Positions 14,400-28,868 of a stretch of DNA of 64,000 nucleotides are shown one piece after another. The position numbers and the translations under genes were made by a program. Position 1 is the first letter of the stretch; every line of letters begins with the position of its first letter. The notes beneath the pieces are model-generated. The model did not search any database, had not been told where the DNA came from, and saw only the letters and a list, made by a program, of their open reading frames with translations. This DNA comes from Eledone cirrhosa (Eukaryota). Location of the stretch: the NCBI GenBank assembly GCA_964016885.1, contig OZ024760.1, positions 21,018,001-21,082,000 on the forward strand, given 5' to 3'.

Positions 14400-15320
14400 A
14401 GATTTAAGCTGGTGTTTTGTAACATAACTTAACAAAGGTTCTTATATAACATTATGATGGAAGGTTTTTTTTAGATAAATATAAACCTTTTAATCCTTTT
14501 GATCACCATATTTTATACTGAACAAATGTTTTAGAACCAGTGGTGGGGTCAGGTGATTTGATAACAAAATGCTTAAGCTGGTGTTTTGGAGTATAACTTA
14601 ACAAAGGTTCTTATATAACATTATGATGGAAGGTTTTTTTTAGATAAATATAAACCTTTTAATCCTTTTGATCACCATATTTTATACTGAACAAATGTTT
14701 TAGAACCAGTGGTGGGGTCAGGTGATTTGATAACAAAATGCTTAAGCTGGTGTTTTGGAGTATAACTTAACAAAGGTTCTTATATAACATTGTGATGGAA
14801 GGTTTTTTTTAGATAAATATAAACCTTTTAATCCTTTTGATCACCATATTTTATACTGAACAAATGTTTTAGAACCAGTGGTGGGGTCAGGTGATTTGAT
14901 AACAAAATGCTTAAGCTGGTGTTTTGGAGTATAACTTAACAAAGGTTCTTATATAACATTATCATGGAAGGTTTTTTTTTAGATAAATATAAACCTTTTA
15001 ATCCTTTTGATCACCATATTTTATACTGAACAAATGTTTTAGAACCAGTGGTGGGGTCAGGTGATTTGATAACAAAATGCTTAAGCTGGTGTTTTGGAGT
15101 ATAACTTAAAGGTTCTTATATAACATTATCATGGAAGGTTTTTTTTTAGATAAATATAAACCTTTTAATCCTTTTGATCACCATATTTTATACTGAACAA
15201 ATGTTTTAGAACCAGTGGTGGGGTCAGGTGATTTGATAACAAAATGCTTAAGCTGGTGTTTTGGAGTATAACTTAACAAAGGTTCTTACATAAAATCATA
15301 ATGGAAGGTTTTAGATAAAC
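14400..15320. repeat. 169-bp tandem repeat, about 5.5 copies
   Basis: aacaaaggttcttatataac recurs at 14431, 14600, 14769 and 14938, with variants near 15107 and 15275. Confidence 0.95.
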
Positions 15321-15929
15321 AATAATTCTTTGAAACAAAGAGTATTGTGCTATAGAACCAAGTGTAGTATCAAACAGTATCAACTGACTTTTAACAAGAT
15401 TTTTTGTAAACAACTCAAAACTCTTAACAAAGATTCTGCGCTGTTATTTTTATATTTATTTATTTATTCATATTATTATTTGAAACTTACTTATTATTGT
15501 TATTATCATTATAATATAGATCTGAAATGATGTATCGGAGAAGTCAGGAAAATTAAACCTTGTTCATATCGACCCTGATGAAGCAATAGCAGCTATGCAG
15601 AGGGGGACTTTACATTTTCGATGCATTTTGGTGCAGACTCGCAAAGTGGAACTTGCCAGCCAAGTAGAAGTCGAGGTTGCTTTGGAATGCAGTAAAGATG
15701 ATATTAAGGACCAAACGGTTCGGCACCATCTCGGTGCTGTTCAAAACCGAGGCTCTTGCTATTAAGCACTCTGTGACCCCCCCCCCCCCCCCTGCAGAAT
15801 GGAACGCATCATTATGCACCCATCCTACATGGGCAAAGAACAGCAAAGGTCCACATTCCTAGGATCCCACTAGGAATGAACCTGTGGTGGCTCCGGGGGT
15901 GCGTAATTGAGGAGGGTACCAACACTAGC

Positions 15930-16281
15930 CTCATTCATTCATTCATCATTCATTTCATTTTACGTCCGCTTTTTCCCTGCTTGCAAGGGTGGGACGGGAA
16001 CTGATTCTGGCTTGATTTCTGCAGCTGGATGCCCTTCCTAACACCAACCTCATTTACAGTGAGGGCTGGGTGCTTTTTTGCCGTGGCACCTCCACGACCA
16101 CTTTACAGTGGAATGATATGGACCCCAGTCCCTATCATCTCATTTCTACAGCTGAGTAAACTGGAGCAATGTGAAATAAAGTGTCTTGCTCAAGGAAACA
16201 ACACATCACCCGGTCTGAGAATTGAACTCACAACCTTTCGATTGCAAGGCCAATGCTCTAACCACTAAGTCATGTGCCTCC
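15930..16281 (-). mobile_element. Full-length tRNA-derived CORE-SINE with RTE-related tail
   Basis: A box tgacttagtgg, B box gagttcaattc, CORE-like ccttgagcaagacacttt..ccagtttactcagctgtagaaatg, (ATGA)n tail. Near-identical to the copies at 24661 and 55872. Confidence 0.88.
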
Positions 16282-16624
16282 AGATATCAAAAAGACTGAC
16301 AGAGAACACTGGTCCACGATGGATTTGGAGATTCATCCATACATCCACACACCCACACCAACCCACGCCAACCTGCACTAACCCACATTCACCCACACAT
16401 ATAGTTTCTCTAATAACCTGCCTGCTCATCAGTCCCTACCTTGTTAGACACTCTAGCAATTACTTACCTGGTTAGAGGTGGTTGGGTGTAAAAGACAAAT
16501 ATATTTAAACAGCTAGCCTGTGTAAAGTCTGGAAATAATGTCTACTGCCAAATTGATGTTTTCTTTCTTGCCAGAAAGATTTTCTTTCTGATTAGCTAAG
16601 ACAACAGTGTGTATTCTCTCTCTC

Positions 16625-18531
<1,907 letters not shown>

Positions 18532-20612
18532 TAGGAGGTGAGTTTTATTGTAGTACAATAAAGCAATGCAGATATCGGATAAGAAGCACTCTACAGTTTG
18601 TAGGACTGGAGTATACATAATATATTCTGACAATAATGCTCTATCTTTCGCACTTAAATATTCTGACATCACCACAGATGAACTTCACATCATCCTCACT
18701 GCACGTAAAACCATCCTAGAGTTCAACAACGAATATTGGACCAGAGCCGATACCTCTAACAACTTCGACATCACAATGGGAGCATCCGATTCATCCCAAT
18801 TGACTGATTTAATTGGTATCTTTATTTTGAACTCTTTGAGTCGGAAAATTCCTCAACTTCGCGGTGGAATTTATCGTGACGATGGACTCTTTACTATCTT
18901 AAATTGCAATATAGTTAACCTTAATATTATTAAGAACAATATACGTAATCTCTTTAACCAACATAACCTAAAAATTGAATTTGATAACAGTATCAAACTA
19001 GCTAATTTCTTGGATGTATCTCTTAATCTTGACACTGGCCTATATTACCCTTACCATAAAAACAATGAGAACCTAAATTATGTTAACTTTAAATCTAACC
19101 ATCCTACTAATATCAAGAATGCTATAGTTAGTAATATTGGAAAAAGAATATCTAACATATCTTCTAATAAAAACATCTTTGATGCTAATGCCAATTACTA
19201 TAATAACGCACTTTCTAAAGCCGGTTATCCTGATAAAATCAAATATAGTAAAGAAACAAATTCTAGAAGAACTTACAGTAGAATAATTAATCATGATCAT
19301 TCCAATAACTTTAATAAAAGACCTAGATACAAAAACATAATCTGGTATAATGCTCCTTTCTCCATCTCTATTAATAACAATATTCCTAAATTATTCTTTA
19401 GTGCCTTAAATAAATGCTTCCCTCCCTCACATATCTATAGTAAAATATTTAACAAACACACCATAAAATTTTCTTATTCTACATCCTCCAACATTTCCAA
19501 CATTATCTCTAAACAAAACAATAAAATACTAAATACTAAATCTCTTCCTTCCAACACTGAATTTCATAATAATAGTAATAGTACTCCCGACGTCATTGTA
19601 AACCCTAGGCTAATTTCTACAAACCCAAATACAACGTCAAACACAACTTCGCTAAATGTTCATAATCCCACTCTAAATCAAGAAACTATTATTCCTATCG
19701 CAAACAACTTCTCCAATCCAATTCCTTCTATAGATAACACTAGGTCACTCATTAAGAATCTCTCTAATTGCAATTGCCCTATTAAAAATAAATGTCCTCT
19801 CAACAACCATTGTCTTGATAAAAACTTAATTTATGAATGTAAAGTTATAACTAACACCAATTCCTTCACCTATTTTGGCTCCACTTCCACCTCTTTTAAA
19901 GCTCGTCTCTATAATCATCATTCATCTTTTAAATACAAACTTAAAAGAACCAACACGGCTCTCTCAGAACTCATATGGTCCTTGAAAGACAAAAACATTA
20001 AATATACCATCTTTTGGAAGAAGGTTTCTTCTGCGTCTCCATACTTGAACAGCTCTCTATCTAAAATCTGCAATCTCTGCCTAAATGAAAAATTTACCAT
20101 TATCTCTAATCTAGATTCTATAATAAATAGACGTACAGATTTGTTTTCTATCTGCTTGCATAAATTCCATAAAACATTTCACAAAGTATACAGCTAATAT
20201 TCAATTCTTTATCAATTTAGAATCTTTTCTCAAAGGCACATATACATACACCTCTTTTAAAATATACCCATCTTCCTACCTTATTTCAAAGGGTATTATA
20301 CACTCTATAATACTTGTTTACTCATTAACCTTACTCTATTTTCACCTTGTAAAATCCTTCGTAACATATACATTTGTTTTGACACCAGATTATTCATCCT
20401 TAATTCATTATTTTTTTCTCCCTATCATATAACTCATTCTCAATACATATTAACTCTTTCTTCGCACATATTATCAATTCCTTCAATATACAAACCTTAA
20501 CTTCACATTATTTTTCTCAAATCCTTCAATACACAAACCTTAATAATTTTTTTTTTCTCTTCGTTAATTTTCAAATTTCCATAATAAACCAAAGATCTCA
20601 CACATTTTCCAA
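18532..20612 (+). mobile_element. 5'-truncated Penelope-like retroelement (Neptune type) flanked by (TA)n, with an inverted terminal fragment at 18532-18625
   Basis: RT and GIY-YIG ORF, pyrimidine-rich 3' region, (TA)n on both sides. The first ~94 bp match 28133-28225, the antisense tail of a hammerhead module. Confidence 0.9.
18626..20197 (+). CDS. Penelope-like RT (C-terminal half), Cys-rich linker and GIY-YIG endonuclease; uninterrupted but 5'-truncated
   Basis: [85 protein letters not shown] and CLH motifs. Confidence 0.92.
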   Translation, partial: SDNNALSFALKYSDITTDELHIILTARKTILEFNNEYWTRADTSNNFDITMGASDSSQLTDLIGIFILNSLSRKIPQLRGGIYRDDGLFTILNCNIVNLNIIKNNIRNLFNQHNLKIEFDNSIKLANFLDVSLNLDTGLYYPYHKNNENLNYVNFKSNHPTNIKNAIVSNIGKRISNISSNKNIFDANANYYNNALSKAGYPDKIKYSKETNSRRTYSRIINHDHSNNFNKRPRYKNIIWYNAPFSISINNNIPKLFFSALNKCFPPSHIYSKIFNKHTIKFSYSTSSNISNIISKQNNKILNTKSLPSNTEFHNNSNSTPDVIVNPRLISTNPNTTSNTTSLNVHNPTLNQETIIPIANNFSNPIPSIDNTRSLIKNLSNCNCPIKNKCPLNNHCLDKNLIYECKVITNTNSFTYFGSTSTSFKARLYNHHSSFKYKLKRTNTALSELIWSLKDKNIKYTIFWKKVSSASPYLNSSLSKICNLCLNEKFTIISNLDSIINRRTDLFSICLHKFHKTFHKVYS

Positions 20613-20769
20613 TGTATATATATATATATATATATATATGCAAAAGTTCTATTTAAATTGTTGGGCTACAACAAGTAAATATTTTTATAACTGATATAAA
20701 GCACTCGACAAGTATTTGGAGTAGATATACGATATTAATAAATGGAAACTATATTTATAAAACCATATC

Positions 20770-20834
20770 TATTTCATTATACATATTTCAGGGATACCAA
20801 ATTAAATTATGGTATGCCTTCATCAGACAAAATA
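20770..20834 (-). ncRNA. Type I hammerhead ribozyme, family B, next to hairpin 20848-20947
   Basis: Minus strand reads tattttgt CTGATGA aggcatacca..tggtatccct GAAA tatgta TA atgaaata. Confidence 0.78.
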
Positions 20835-21304
20835 CAATATATAACAGTTTTACAAATAAGCTTTGACGTACCCTTTTAAAATGCAACCAATGGCTTCCAA
20901 AAACAATGGTTGCATTTTAAAAGGGTACGTCAAAGCTTATTTGTAAAGTGGATGTAAAATGATGATGATGATGTGAGTGGAAAGATATTTAACAATTGAT
21001 ATGGGTTTTTTTTATATAACTGATATTGTTATAATGCTATGAGATAAATTATTAAGTTCAAAAGAAGAGATGAAATTACAGTGGTCTAATTTATCCTTTC
21101 AACAATTATATTTAAGTAGGTATTATACCCATAATGGAAAATATTAACTATTAGTGTAACTATTATTATAAGAAAGGTGTATGTATTATAGCTTAGTTTA
21201 TCAATTTATATTAGATTTAATTTAATTATATACTAACTAATGATAAGGTAGATAAAAAGTTATAGTGGAAAAAATTCCCAACTTATTTTGTCTATTCGTC
21301 TTTA

Positions 21305-21490
21305 TTTTGGCAGTATCAGTAGAGGGTCGGACGCCATACTTTGACGCAAAGAATCACGTCCCTTTACGATTTGAGTTCAAATCCCGCCGAGGTTAACTTT
21401 GCCTTTCATCCTTACGGGGTCGATAAAATAAAGTACCAGTAATGTACTGGGTTATTGCTGGCCTTGTGCCTAACGTAGAAACAATTATTT
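21305..21490 (+). mobile_element. Meta-type tRNA SINE
   Basis: tggcagtatcagtagag head, B box gagttcaaatccc, central ctttgcctttcatccttacggggtcgataaaataaagtaccag. Confidence 0.85.
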
Positions 21491-22228
21491 ATGTAAACAA
21501 TAAAATCGCTTAAAAATTAAATAAAGAAGCTTTACTTATTTAATTATTTGTTAAGTTTAACTAAAAACTCTATGAAACGTTTTAAAAAATCTGTGAAGAC
21601 AAGAGCTAAATATTTCAGATCGTTTATTAATAATTAATTGTCTATTATAAATCATTTGTAGAATTTCATTAGATAAGGAAGCATTTTTATAAGACAAAAC
21701 TAGAAAGTTTCTGCCCAGAAAGAGAATATTCGATATTATTATTTTTAAGTGACCAAATCAATTCAGAGAGGGCCATACTAAATCTGTTATCGTCTCTTTT
21801 AAATGAGTGATGATGGTCGTACCATCTTTCTTTGAATTTTGAAGAGGTAGCACTAATATAGTTATAGGACTTATCTTTTGTTTAAACTGTTCATTTATAA
21901 ACTAAATTACGTTCAAGACATATATATAATAAAATAAATAGAGATGATCTAAATAAATAGAGACGATCTTCTGTTTCTTATTATTATAATACTCTGGATA
22001 AATATATACGATTGAGTGCTTGACATCTGTTATATAAAAGTTAGCTGATTATAAATGAACTAACTCTTTTTCATTGAACAAATATATATATATATATATG
22101 CAAAGTTTTATTTAAATTGTTGGGTTACAACGAGTAAATATTTATAACTGATATAAAAGCACTCAACAAGTATTTGGAGTATATTTACGATATTAAATAA
22201 ATGGAAACTATATTTATAAAACCATATT

Positions 22229-22294
22229 TATTTCATTATATATATTTCAGGGATATCATATTAAAAATATGGTATGCCTTCATCAGACAAAATA
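22229..22294 (-). ncRNA. Type I hammerhead ribozyme, family B (left arm of palindrome 22186-22548)
   Basis: Inverted copy of 22440-22505. Confidence 0.78.
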
Positions 22295-22439
22295 CAATAT
22301 AAACAGTCTTATAAATAGATAGATTTGACATACCTTACAACTTCAACTTCCATTTAAAACTACCAAATCAACTTTTTAAATGGAAGTTGAAGTTGTAAGG
22401 TATGTCAAATCTATCTATTTATAAGACTGTTTTATTTTG

Positions 22440-22505
22440 TATTTTGTCTGATGAAGGCATACCATATTTTTAATATGATATCCCTGAAATATATATAATG
22501 AAATA
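22440..22505 (+). ncRNA. Type I hammerhead ribozyme, family B (right arm)
   Basis: tattttgt CTGATGA aggcataccata..tatgatatccct GAAA tatata TA atgaaata. Confidence 0.78.
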
Positions 22506-22859
22506 AATATGGTTTTATAAATATAGTTTCCATTTATTTAATATCGTATATATATATCATCATCATCATCATCATCAGCGTTTAACGTCCGTGTTCCACG
22601 CTTGCATGGGTTTGGACGGGGGTAGTCCCACTTGAGGCAAGAGTGATTGTCTTGCTCGCATAGGACTGTCTGGCAGGTTTTCTACAGTTGGATGCCCTTC
22701 CTAACACCAACCACATTTACAGTGTGGGTCTGGGAGGTTTTTACCGTGTTGCCTACACGGCCACATTACAGCGTGGACTGTGTGTTTTTTTGTCGTGACA
22801 CCTACACGATCTCATTTGTTTCGGCCTCGATGGCGCGGCACCAACATAACTTTACATAG

Positions 22860-24627
22860 AACGGGGTGGTGTGGATCGGGTGGGGGTGGTGGGACGGGGT
22901 GTATTTGTTAGAGATGCCTACTGGCTGGAGTAGGTTTTACTATATATTTAGGTAAGGCGGGTCTTCTCTGTTACTGAGTACCGCCAAAGGTCTCGGTCCA
23001 GTGACATTGTCTTGGAGAGGTGTAAGTGTGTGATGTCGGAGTTTATCAGCTCGTCCCAGGTTTTTCTAGGTCTGCCTATTCCGTGACTACCGTCTATCTT
23101 TATTGCCCTGCACTTTGTTATACAGCTATCGACTTTCATGCGCATCACGTGTCCATACCAACGTAGCCTTCTCTCGAGTAAACAACATCTGATCCCTCTT
23201 ATCTCTAATTTATTCCTTAGTTCGTTTATGCTTTGCCGTTCACGTATATTACTGTTACACATCCAGCGGAGCATGCAAGCTTCGTTCCTCTCTAGTCTGC
23301 GTATATCCTCTGCACACAATGCCCAGGTCTCACTGCCATGCAGCATTGCTGTTCGTATGCAGGCATCGTACAACCTGCCTTTCATTTTTAGTGAGAACCC
23401 TTTAGCAGCTAATAGTGGTATAAGCTCTCTGAACTTTTTCAACCAGTTCTGACTCTAGCTACAGTACTTTCAGAGCACCCTCCCCCACTGCTGATTTTAT
23501 CGCCCAGGTAACGGAAGCTGTCCACTATTTCTATAGAACCCTCTGCGCAATTGAAAGAGCTAGTAGTTTGTGGGCACTTGCTGCTACTTATTGCACCAGA
23601 GCACCGGCCACATGTAAAATCTATGTTCTTAGTTAGCCTACCTGTGATCCCACTACATCTTTTATGCACCCATACTTTGCATTTAGGACATAAAATGGAG
23701 TTTCTACCTACGCCTTTCCTACACACCGAGCACGACCATTTCCCAGAAGGGACCGCCGCCTTGTTTTCTTTCCTACAAACTAGTACTTTGGTCTTAGCCA
23801 GGTTAATTTTAAGTCCTTTTGACTCTAGGCCGTGCTTCCATGTTTGGAATTTCTTCTCTAGCTCGGCCATTGATTCCGCTATGAGTGTCAGGTCGTCTGC
23901 GTATAGGAGTTCCCATGGGCAGCCTGTCTTGAACTCCTCTGTTATGGCCTGAAGGGCAATAATAAATAGTAGTGGACTGAGAACAGAGCCCTGATGGACG
24001 CCGACTTTTACGCTAAACTCTTCACTATATTCGTTGTTAATTCTAACCTTGCTGACTGTTTCTTTATACATGGCTTGTATAGCCCTCACAAGCCATTCGT
24101 CAACGCCTAGTTTTCTAAGAGCCCACCAGATAATGGAGCGGGGGACTCTGTCGAAGGCTTTCTCCAAGTCGACAAAAGCTAAGTAGAGGGGTTTACCTTT
24201 AGCTAGGTACTTCTCTTGTAGTTGTCGTACTATGAAAAGAGCGTCTGTGGTACTTTTGCCTGACACAAACCCGAACTGCATTTCATCTAGGTCAATTCTC
24301 TCTCTGATTAGCTGCGCTATTACTCTTTCCGTGACCTTCATGACCTGGTCGATTAATTTAATGCCTCTATAGTTACTCCTATCTAGGGCGTCTCCTTTAC
24401 CCTTATAACAGTTAACGATGATGCTGCTATGCCAGTCCTTCGGAACAACCCCGTTTTGTACGACTTGGTTAACTATGCGGGTGACCATGGTGTGTCCCAC
24501 CGTGCCAGATGCCTTCAGCATCTCAGCAACTATTTCCGAAGGCCCAGCCGCCTTACCAGTCTTCATATCCTTGATTGCCTTACTTATTATACTCCCCTCG
24601 ACTAACACTGCTGGTCCCTCTATTGGG

Positions 24628-24630
<3 letters not shown>
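22860..24630 (-). mobile_element. RTE-clade LINE, 5'-truncated at (TA)n; RT with inserted PHD-like finger; frameshift near 23440
   Basis: KAAGP, NYRGIKL, QFGF, FVDLEKAFDRVPR, GVHQGSVLSPLLF, YADD, FRYLG, HGSETW, RRLRWYGHVMRM and GRPRKTW motifs. Confidence 0.95.
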
Positions 24631-24660
<30 letters not shown>

Positions 24661-24664
<4 letters not shown>

Positions 24665-25092
24665 GAGGCAGATGGCCTTGCAATCGAAAGGTTGTGAGTT
24701 CAATTCTCAGACCAGGTGATGTGTTGTTTCCTTGAGCAAGACACTTTATTTCACATTGCTCCAGTTTACTCAGCTGTAGAAATGAGATGATAGGGACTGG
24801 GGTCCCTATCATTCCACTGCAAAGTGGTCGTGGAGGGAGGTGCCACAGCAAAAAAGGACCCAGCCCACACTGTAAAGTGGATGTGTAGGCGCCACAGAAA
24901 AAAAAGCACCCAGCACTCACTGCAAAGTGGACGTGTAGGCGCCACAGAAAAAAAAGCACCCAGTACTCACTGTAAATGAGGTTAGTGTTAAGAAGGGCAT
25001 CCAGCTGTAGAAATCAAGCCAGAATCAGTTCCCGTCCCACCCTTGCAAGCAGGGAAAAGCAGACATAAAATGATGATGATGATGATGATGAT
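24661..25092 (+). mobile_element. CORE-SINE with RTE-related tail
   Basis: Same family as 15930-16281; (GAT)n tail. Confidence 0.87.
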
Positions 25093-26524
25093 ATACATAG
25101 CTATGTTCTCTGTCTTGTTTTTCTCCCTTCTCAGTAACTCTTTGCCTTTTAGTGTCTTTATTGCCTTGCTTGGGGTGAGTAAATTAAAAACAATAATGAA
25201 GTAATAGACAGTTCTAGATGACCCAATTTTACAACAACCAGCAACCCAAAGATTGCATTGACATAAGAACTGACCCCTTGCAACCCCCCCCCCCCCCAAC
25301 ACACACAAGACCTCTCACACTTGCCATTCCACTGCCCCCCCCCCCCACACACACACACATGCATTAAAAACTCACAGCAATGATATAAGAAGTACTTAGA
25401 TTGTATAAGAAGTAAAATGAAGTGGTTTACAACAACAACAACAACAAAAACAGCAGCAACAATGATGACATCACTACCACTATCAACAACAACATCACTA
25501 CCACCACCACCACCACACCATAACACCACCACCACCACAATAACAACACCAACACCAACATCACCACTACCACCAACCCCAACACATACAGCCACTAACA
25601 AGAACAATTAACCACTACCACCACTACCCCCCCCCCCCCCCCCCCCATCTACCACCACCACTACCACACTCCCGTACCACCACCACCACCACCACCACAA
25701 CATTATATATATAAGATACTGTGGTCGGAAGTAACCAACGCCATTGGCATCAAAATGACACTTTAAAGAAAGCTGATATTGAAGAAGAATTGAAATATAA
25801 AACAACAAAAACAGGGTGACAAGGGATTATTTGTCATTATTTGTCATTATTTGTCATTAGTCACTTAATTAGTAGTTCCAGTAGTTTATTAAAAGACTTT
25901 TAGATAAGTCTAATTGATTAGTCATGTGATTCCACTGAGGCTGTTGTAGTCAGTACTGTTACAAAGAGTTTGGTTACAACAGAATTGCAGGATTGAGCTT
26001 CTTGAAAAACTAGTCATTCATCATCATCATCATCTTCGTTTAACGTCCATCTTCCACGCTAGCATGGGTTAGACGGGAGTTGTCCCACATGAGGCAAGGT
26101 TGGTTGGGTGACCGTGTCTCTTTTTTTTAGTTCAGAATTAGCCATCGAAACGGCTTGAGCTCTGCCGTCGCGGTCATACTTGTTCCTATATATATATATA
26201 TAGACCCTCATATATATATATATATATAGTTATATATATATATATGAGTATATACATACATACATAAATACATACATACATACATACACATACATACATA
26301 CATACATACACATACATACATACACACATACATACATACATGTATGTATATATATATGTATATATATATATATATGTATATATATATGTATATATATATG
26401 AGGGTCAACTAAATATTTTTCTCAACACAACACACAACCCAGTCCAGGAATTGAACCCATAACATCATGATCGTCAATCCAACACACTGACCACTAGACC
26501 ACATGCCTCCACTTGTATTACTAT

Positions 26525-26935
26525 AATTGTTTCTACGTTTGGCACAAGGCCACCAAATTACCCAGTGCATTACTGGTACTTTATTTTATCAACCCTGTAA
26601 GGATGAAAGGCAAAGTTGACCTCGGTGGGATTTGAACTCAGAATGGCAAGGGCCGTAACTATGCGTCAAAGCATGGTGTCTGACCCTCTACCGCTACTGC
26701 CAACCCACCACCCTTGTATTACTATTATATTATTATATTAGCGGTGGATTATTATATTATCGGTAGAGGGTCAGACACCATGCTTTGACGTATAGAGTTA
26801 CGGCCCTTGCCATTCTGAGTTCAAATCCCGCCGAGGTCAACTTTGCCTTTCACCTTTACGGGGGTCGATAAAATAAAGTACCAGTAATGCACTGGGGTTA
26901 ATTGCTGGCCTTGTGCCAAAAAGTTGAAACAATTC
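26525..26935. mobile_element. Two Meta-type SINEs in head-to-head inverted orientation
   Basis: 26525-26715 (-) and 26755-26935 (+) are near reverse complements. A third, decayed copy lies at 26945-27110. Confidence 0.87.
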
Positions 26936-27401
26936 TTATATTACGGTGGTTAATTGGCAGAATCAGTAGAGTGTCGGACACCATGCTCTGCGGCATAGAG
27001 TCACAGCGCTTTATGTTAGCCGTGCCTTTCATCACTACAGGGTAGATAAATAGAGTACCAGTAACACACTGGGGTCAGTTTAATCAACTTTCCCTTTCCC
27101 CCAAAATTGCAGACATTTTTTTTTCCATTTTTTATATTTTTATACTTTGCTCAGTCTTATGAAAGCCATCACAGGGGCCATTTGATATAATAATTTCAAA
27201 AGTAATCATCTTTTTTTTTAAATATAATCACCTCCCATTCAGTAATTCTTATTCTACTGACACATTCTCGTGATCTTTTCTTTTGTGACAGAGACAGAAA
27301 CTTTAATTATTATCCTATTAATTCAGTAAATTTATAGTTTGATGAGCGAGACCTGGATTGAATGTCATTATGAAACACATACACACATATTTATGTATGT
27401 A

Positions 27402-27436
<35 letters not shown>

Positions 27437-27473
27437 TTTAGTCTTCAAATTTATTATTATTACTATATATATT

Positions 27474-27604
27474 TATTAAAATAACAGATTAAAGTTTAAG
27501 CAAAGAATCGCTGCTTTCACCCTTAACGGGATCTTCTGAAAGATCCCGTTAAGGGTGAAAGCAGCGATTCTTTGCTTAAACTTTAATCTGTTATTTTAAT
27601 AAAT
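27474..27604. ncRNA. Palindrome of hammerhead family D, folded back at the catalytic core
   Basis: aga tccc gttaa gggt GAAA gca gcgattctt tgc TT aaact on both arms; centre cttctgaaag. Related copies at 33170-33250 and 36346-36396. Confidence 0.62.
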
Positions 27605-27688
27605 ATTTGCTCTACGGTTCTTATATATTTGATATATATTTTCCTTATCGAGCCCTCTTTGGATTTTAGTCTTCAATTTTATTATTAT

Positions 27689-27728
<40 letters not shown>

Positions 27729-28094
27729 TTCATTTAATTTATTAATTTATTATTTGTGTGACCCGAATTTTCCTGGTCGTTTTTTCGGCTGTGCGAATGA
27801 TTTTAAGCATTGTCTCTGTGTGTTGGCATTTAAACGATAGTTATAGCTCTGGTTTATCCAAACTATTGAGCCCTTTGCCATGCATTTCGAAGATTGTGTT
27901 TCGTTATTTTGTGGGCCGAGATTCCGATTCTCGATTATTTATTTGTATATATATATATATATATAGTAATAATAATAAATTTGAAGACTAAAATATATAT
28001 ATATATATATATACACAGAAAATCTGTCGAGTGCTTCAAATCTGTTATAAATATATATATTTGTTGAATTACCAACAAATTAAATATCTCTCTG

Positions 28095-28130
<36 letters not shown>

Positions 28131-28256
28131 GAAGGAGGTGAGTTTTATTGTAGTACAATAAAGCAATGCAGATATCGGATAAGAAGCACTCTACAGTTTG
28201 TAGGACTGGAGTATACATAATATATAAGATCAAAAGATGGTTAAAAGAGTTCCATG

Positions 28257-28327
28257 TATTTTATTATGCGCATTTCAAAAACAAATATCATCATGCAATA
28301 ATATTTGTGTTTTCATCAGATAAAATA
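28257..28327 (-). ncRNA. Type I hammerhead ribozyme, family C (left arm of palindrome 28222-28643)
   Basis: Inverted copy of 28541-28609 with a 2-nt indel in stem II. Confidence 0.8.
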
Positions 28328-28540
28328 GGAAGACATGATATGAAGGTTAAAAAACACTTGTGAATAGTGCAGTTTTAAATCAACATATATATATGTTGAT
28401 TTAAAATCAACATATATATATGTTTTAAATCAACATATATATATGTTGATTTAGTGCAGTTTTAAATCAACATATATATATATGTTGATTTAAAACTGCA
28501 CTATTCACAAGTGTTTTTTAACCTTCATATCATGTCTTCC

Positions 28541-28609
28541 TATTTTATCTGATGAAAACAAATATTATTGCATGATGATATTTGTTTTTGAAATGCGCAT
28601 AATAAAATA
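28541..28609 (+). ncRNA. Type I hammerhead ribozyme, family C (right arm)
   Basis: tattttat CTGATGA aaacaaatatt..gatatttgttttt GAAA tgcgca TA ataaaata. Perfect 8-bp stem I, long stem II and palindromic stem III. Confidence 0.85.
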
Positions 28610-28639
28610 CATGGAACTCTTTTAACCATCTTTTGATCT

Positions 28640-28672
<33 letters not shown>

Positions 28673-28807
28673 AGCAGAGGGATATTTAATTTGTTGGTAA
28701 TTCAACAAATATATATATTTATAAGAGATTTAAAGCACTCGACAGGTTTTCTGGAGTATAATATCAATGATATTAATAAATGGAAACTATATTTATAAAA
28801 CCATATT

Positions 28808-28868
28808 TATTCTATTATATATATTTCAAGGGTACCAAAACTTTGGTACGCTCTCATCAGATAAAATA
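28808..28868 (-). ncRNA. Type I hammerhead ribozyme, family B variant
   Basis: Minus strand reads tattttat CTGATGA gagcgtaccaaagttttggtaccctt GAAA tatata TA atagaata. A partial inverted copy lies at 28932-29008. Confidence 0.78.

Noticed and set aside
15570-15600. cctgatgaagcaatagc as a hammerhead
   Set aside because: No GAAA, stem III or closing stem I follows.
16200-16281. tRNA gene
   Set aside because: The A and B boxes belong to a SINE head that continues into CORE-like and RTE-related segments; no full cloverleaf is evident.
23439-24959. 506-aa ORF as a single gene
   Set aside because: Chimeric read-through: antisense SINE plus TA tract fused in frame to a truncated RTE RT that starts near 24630.
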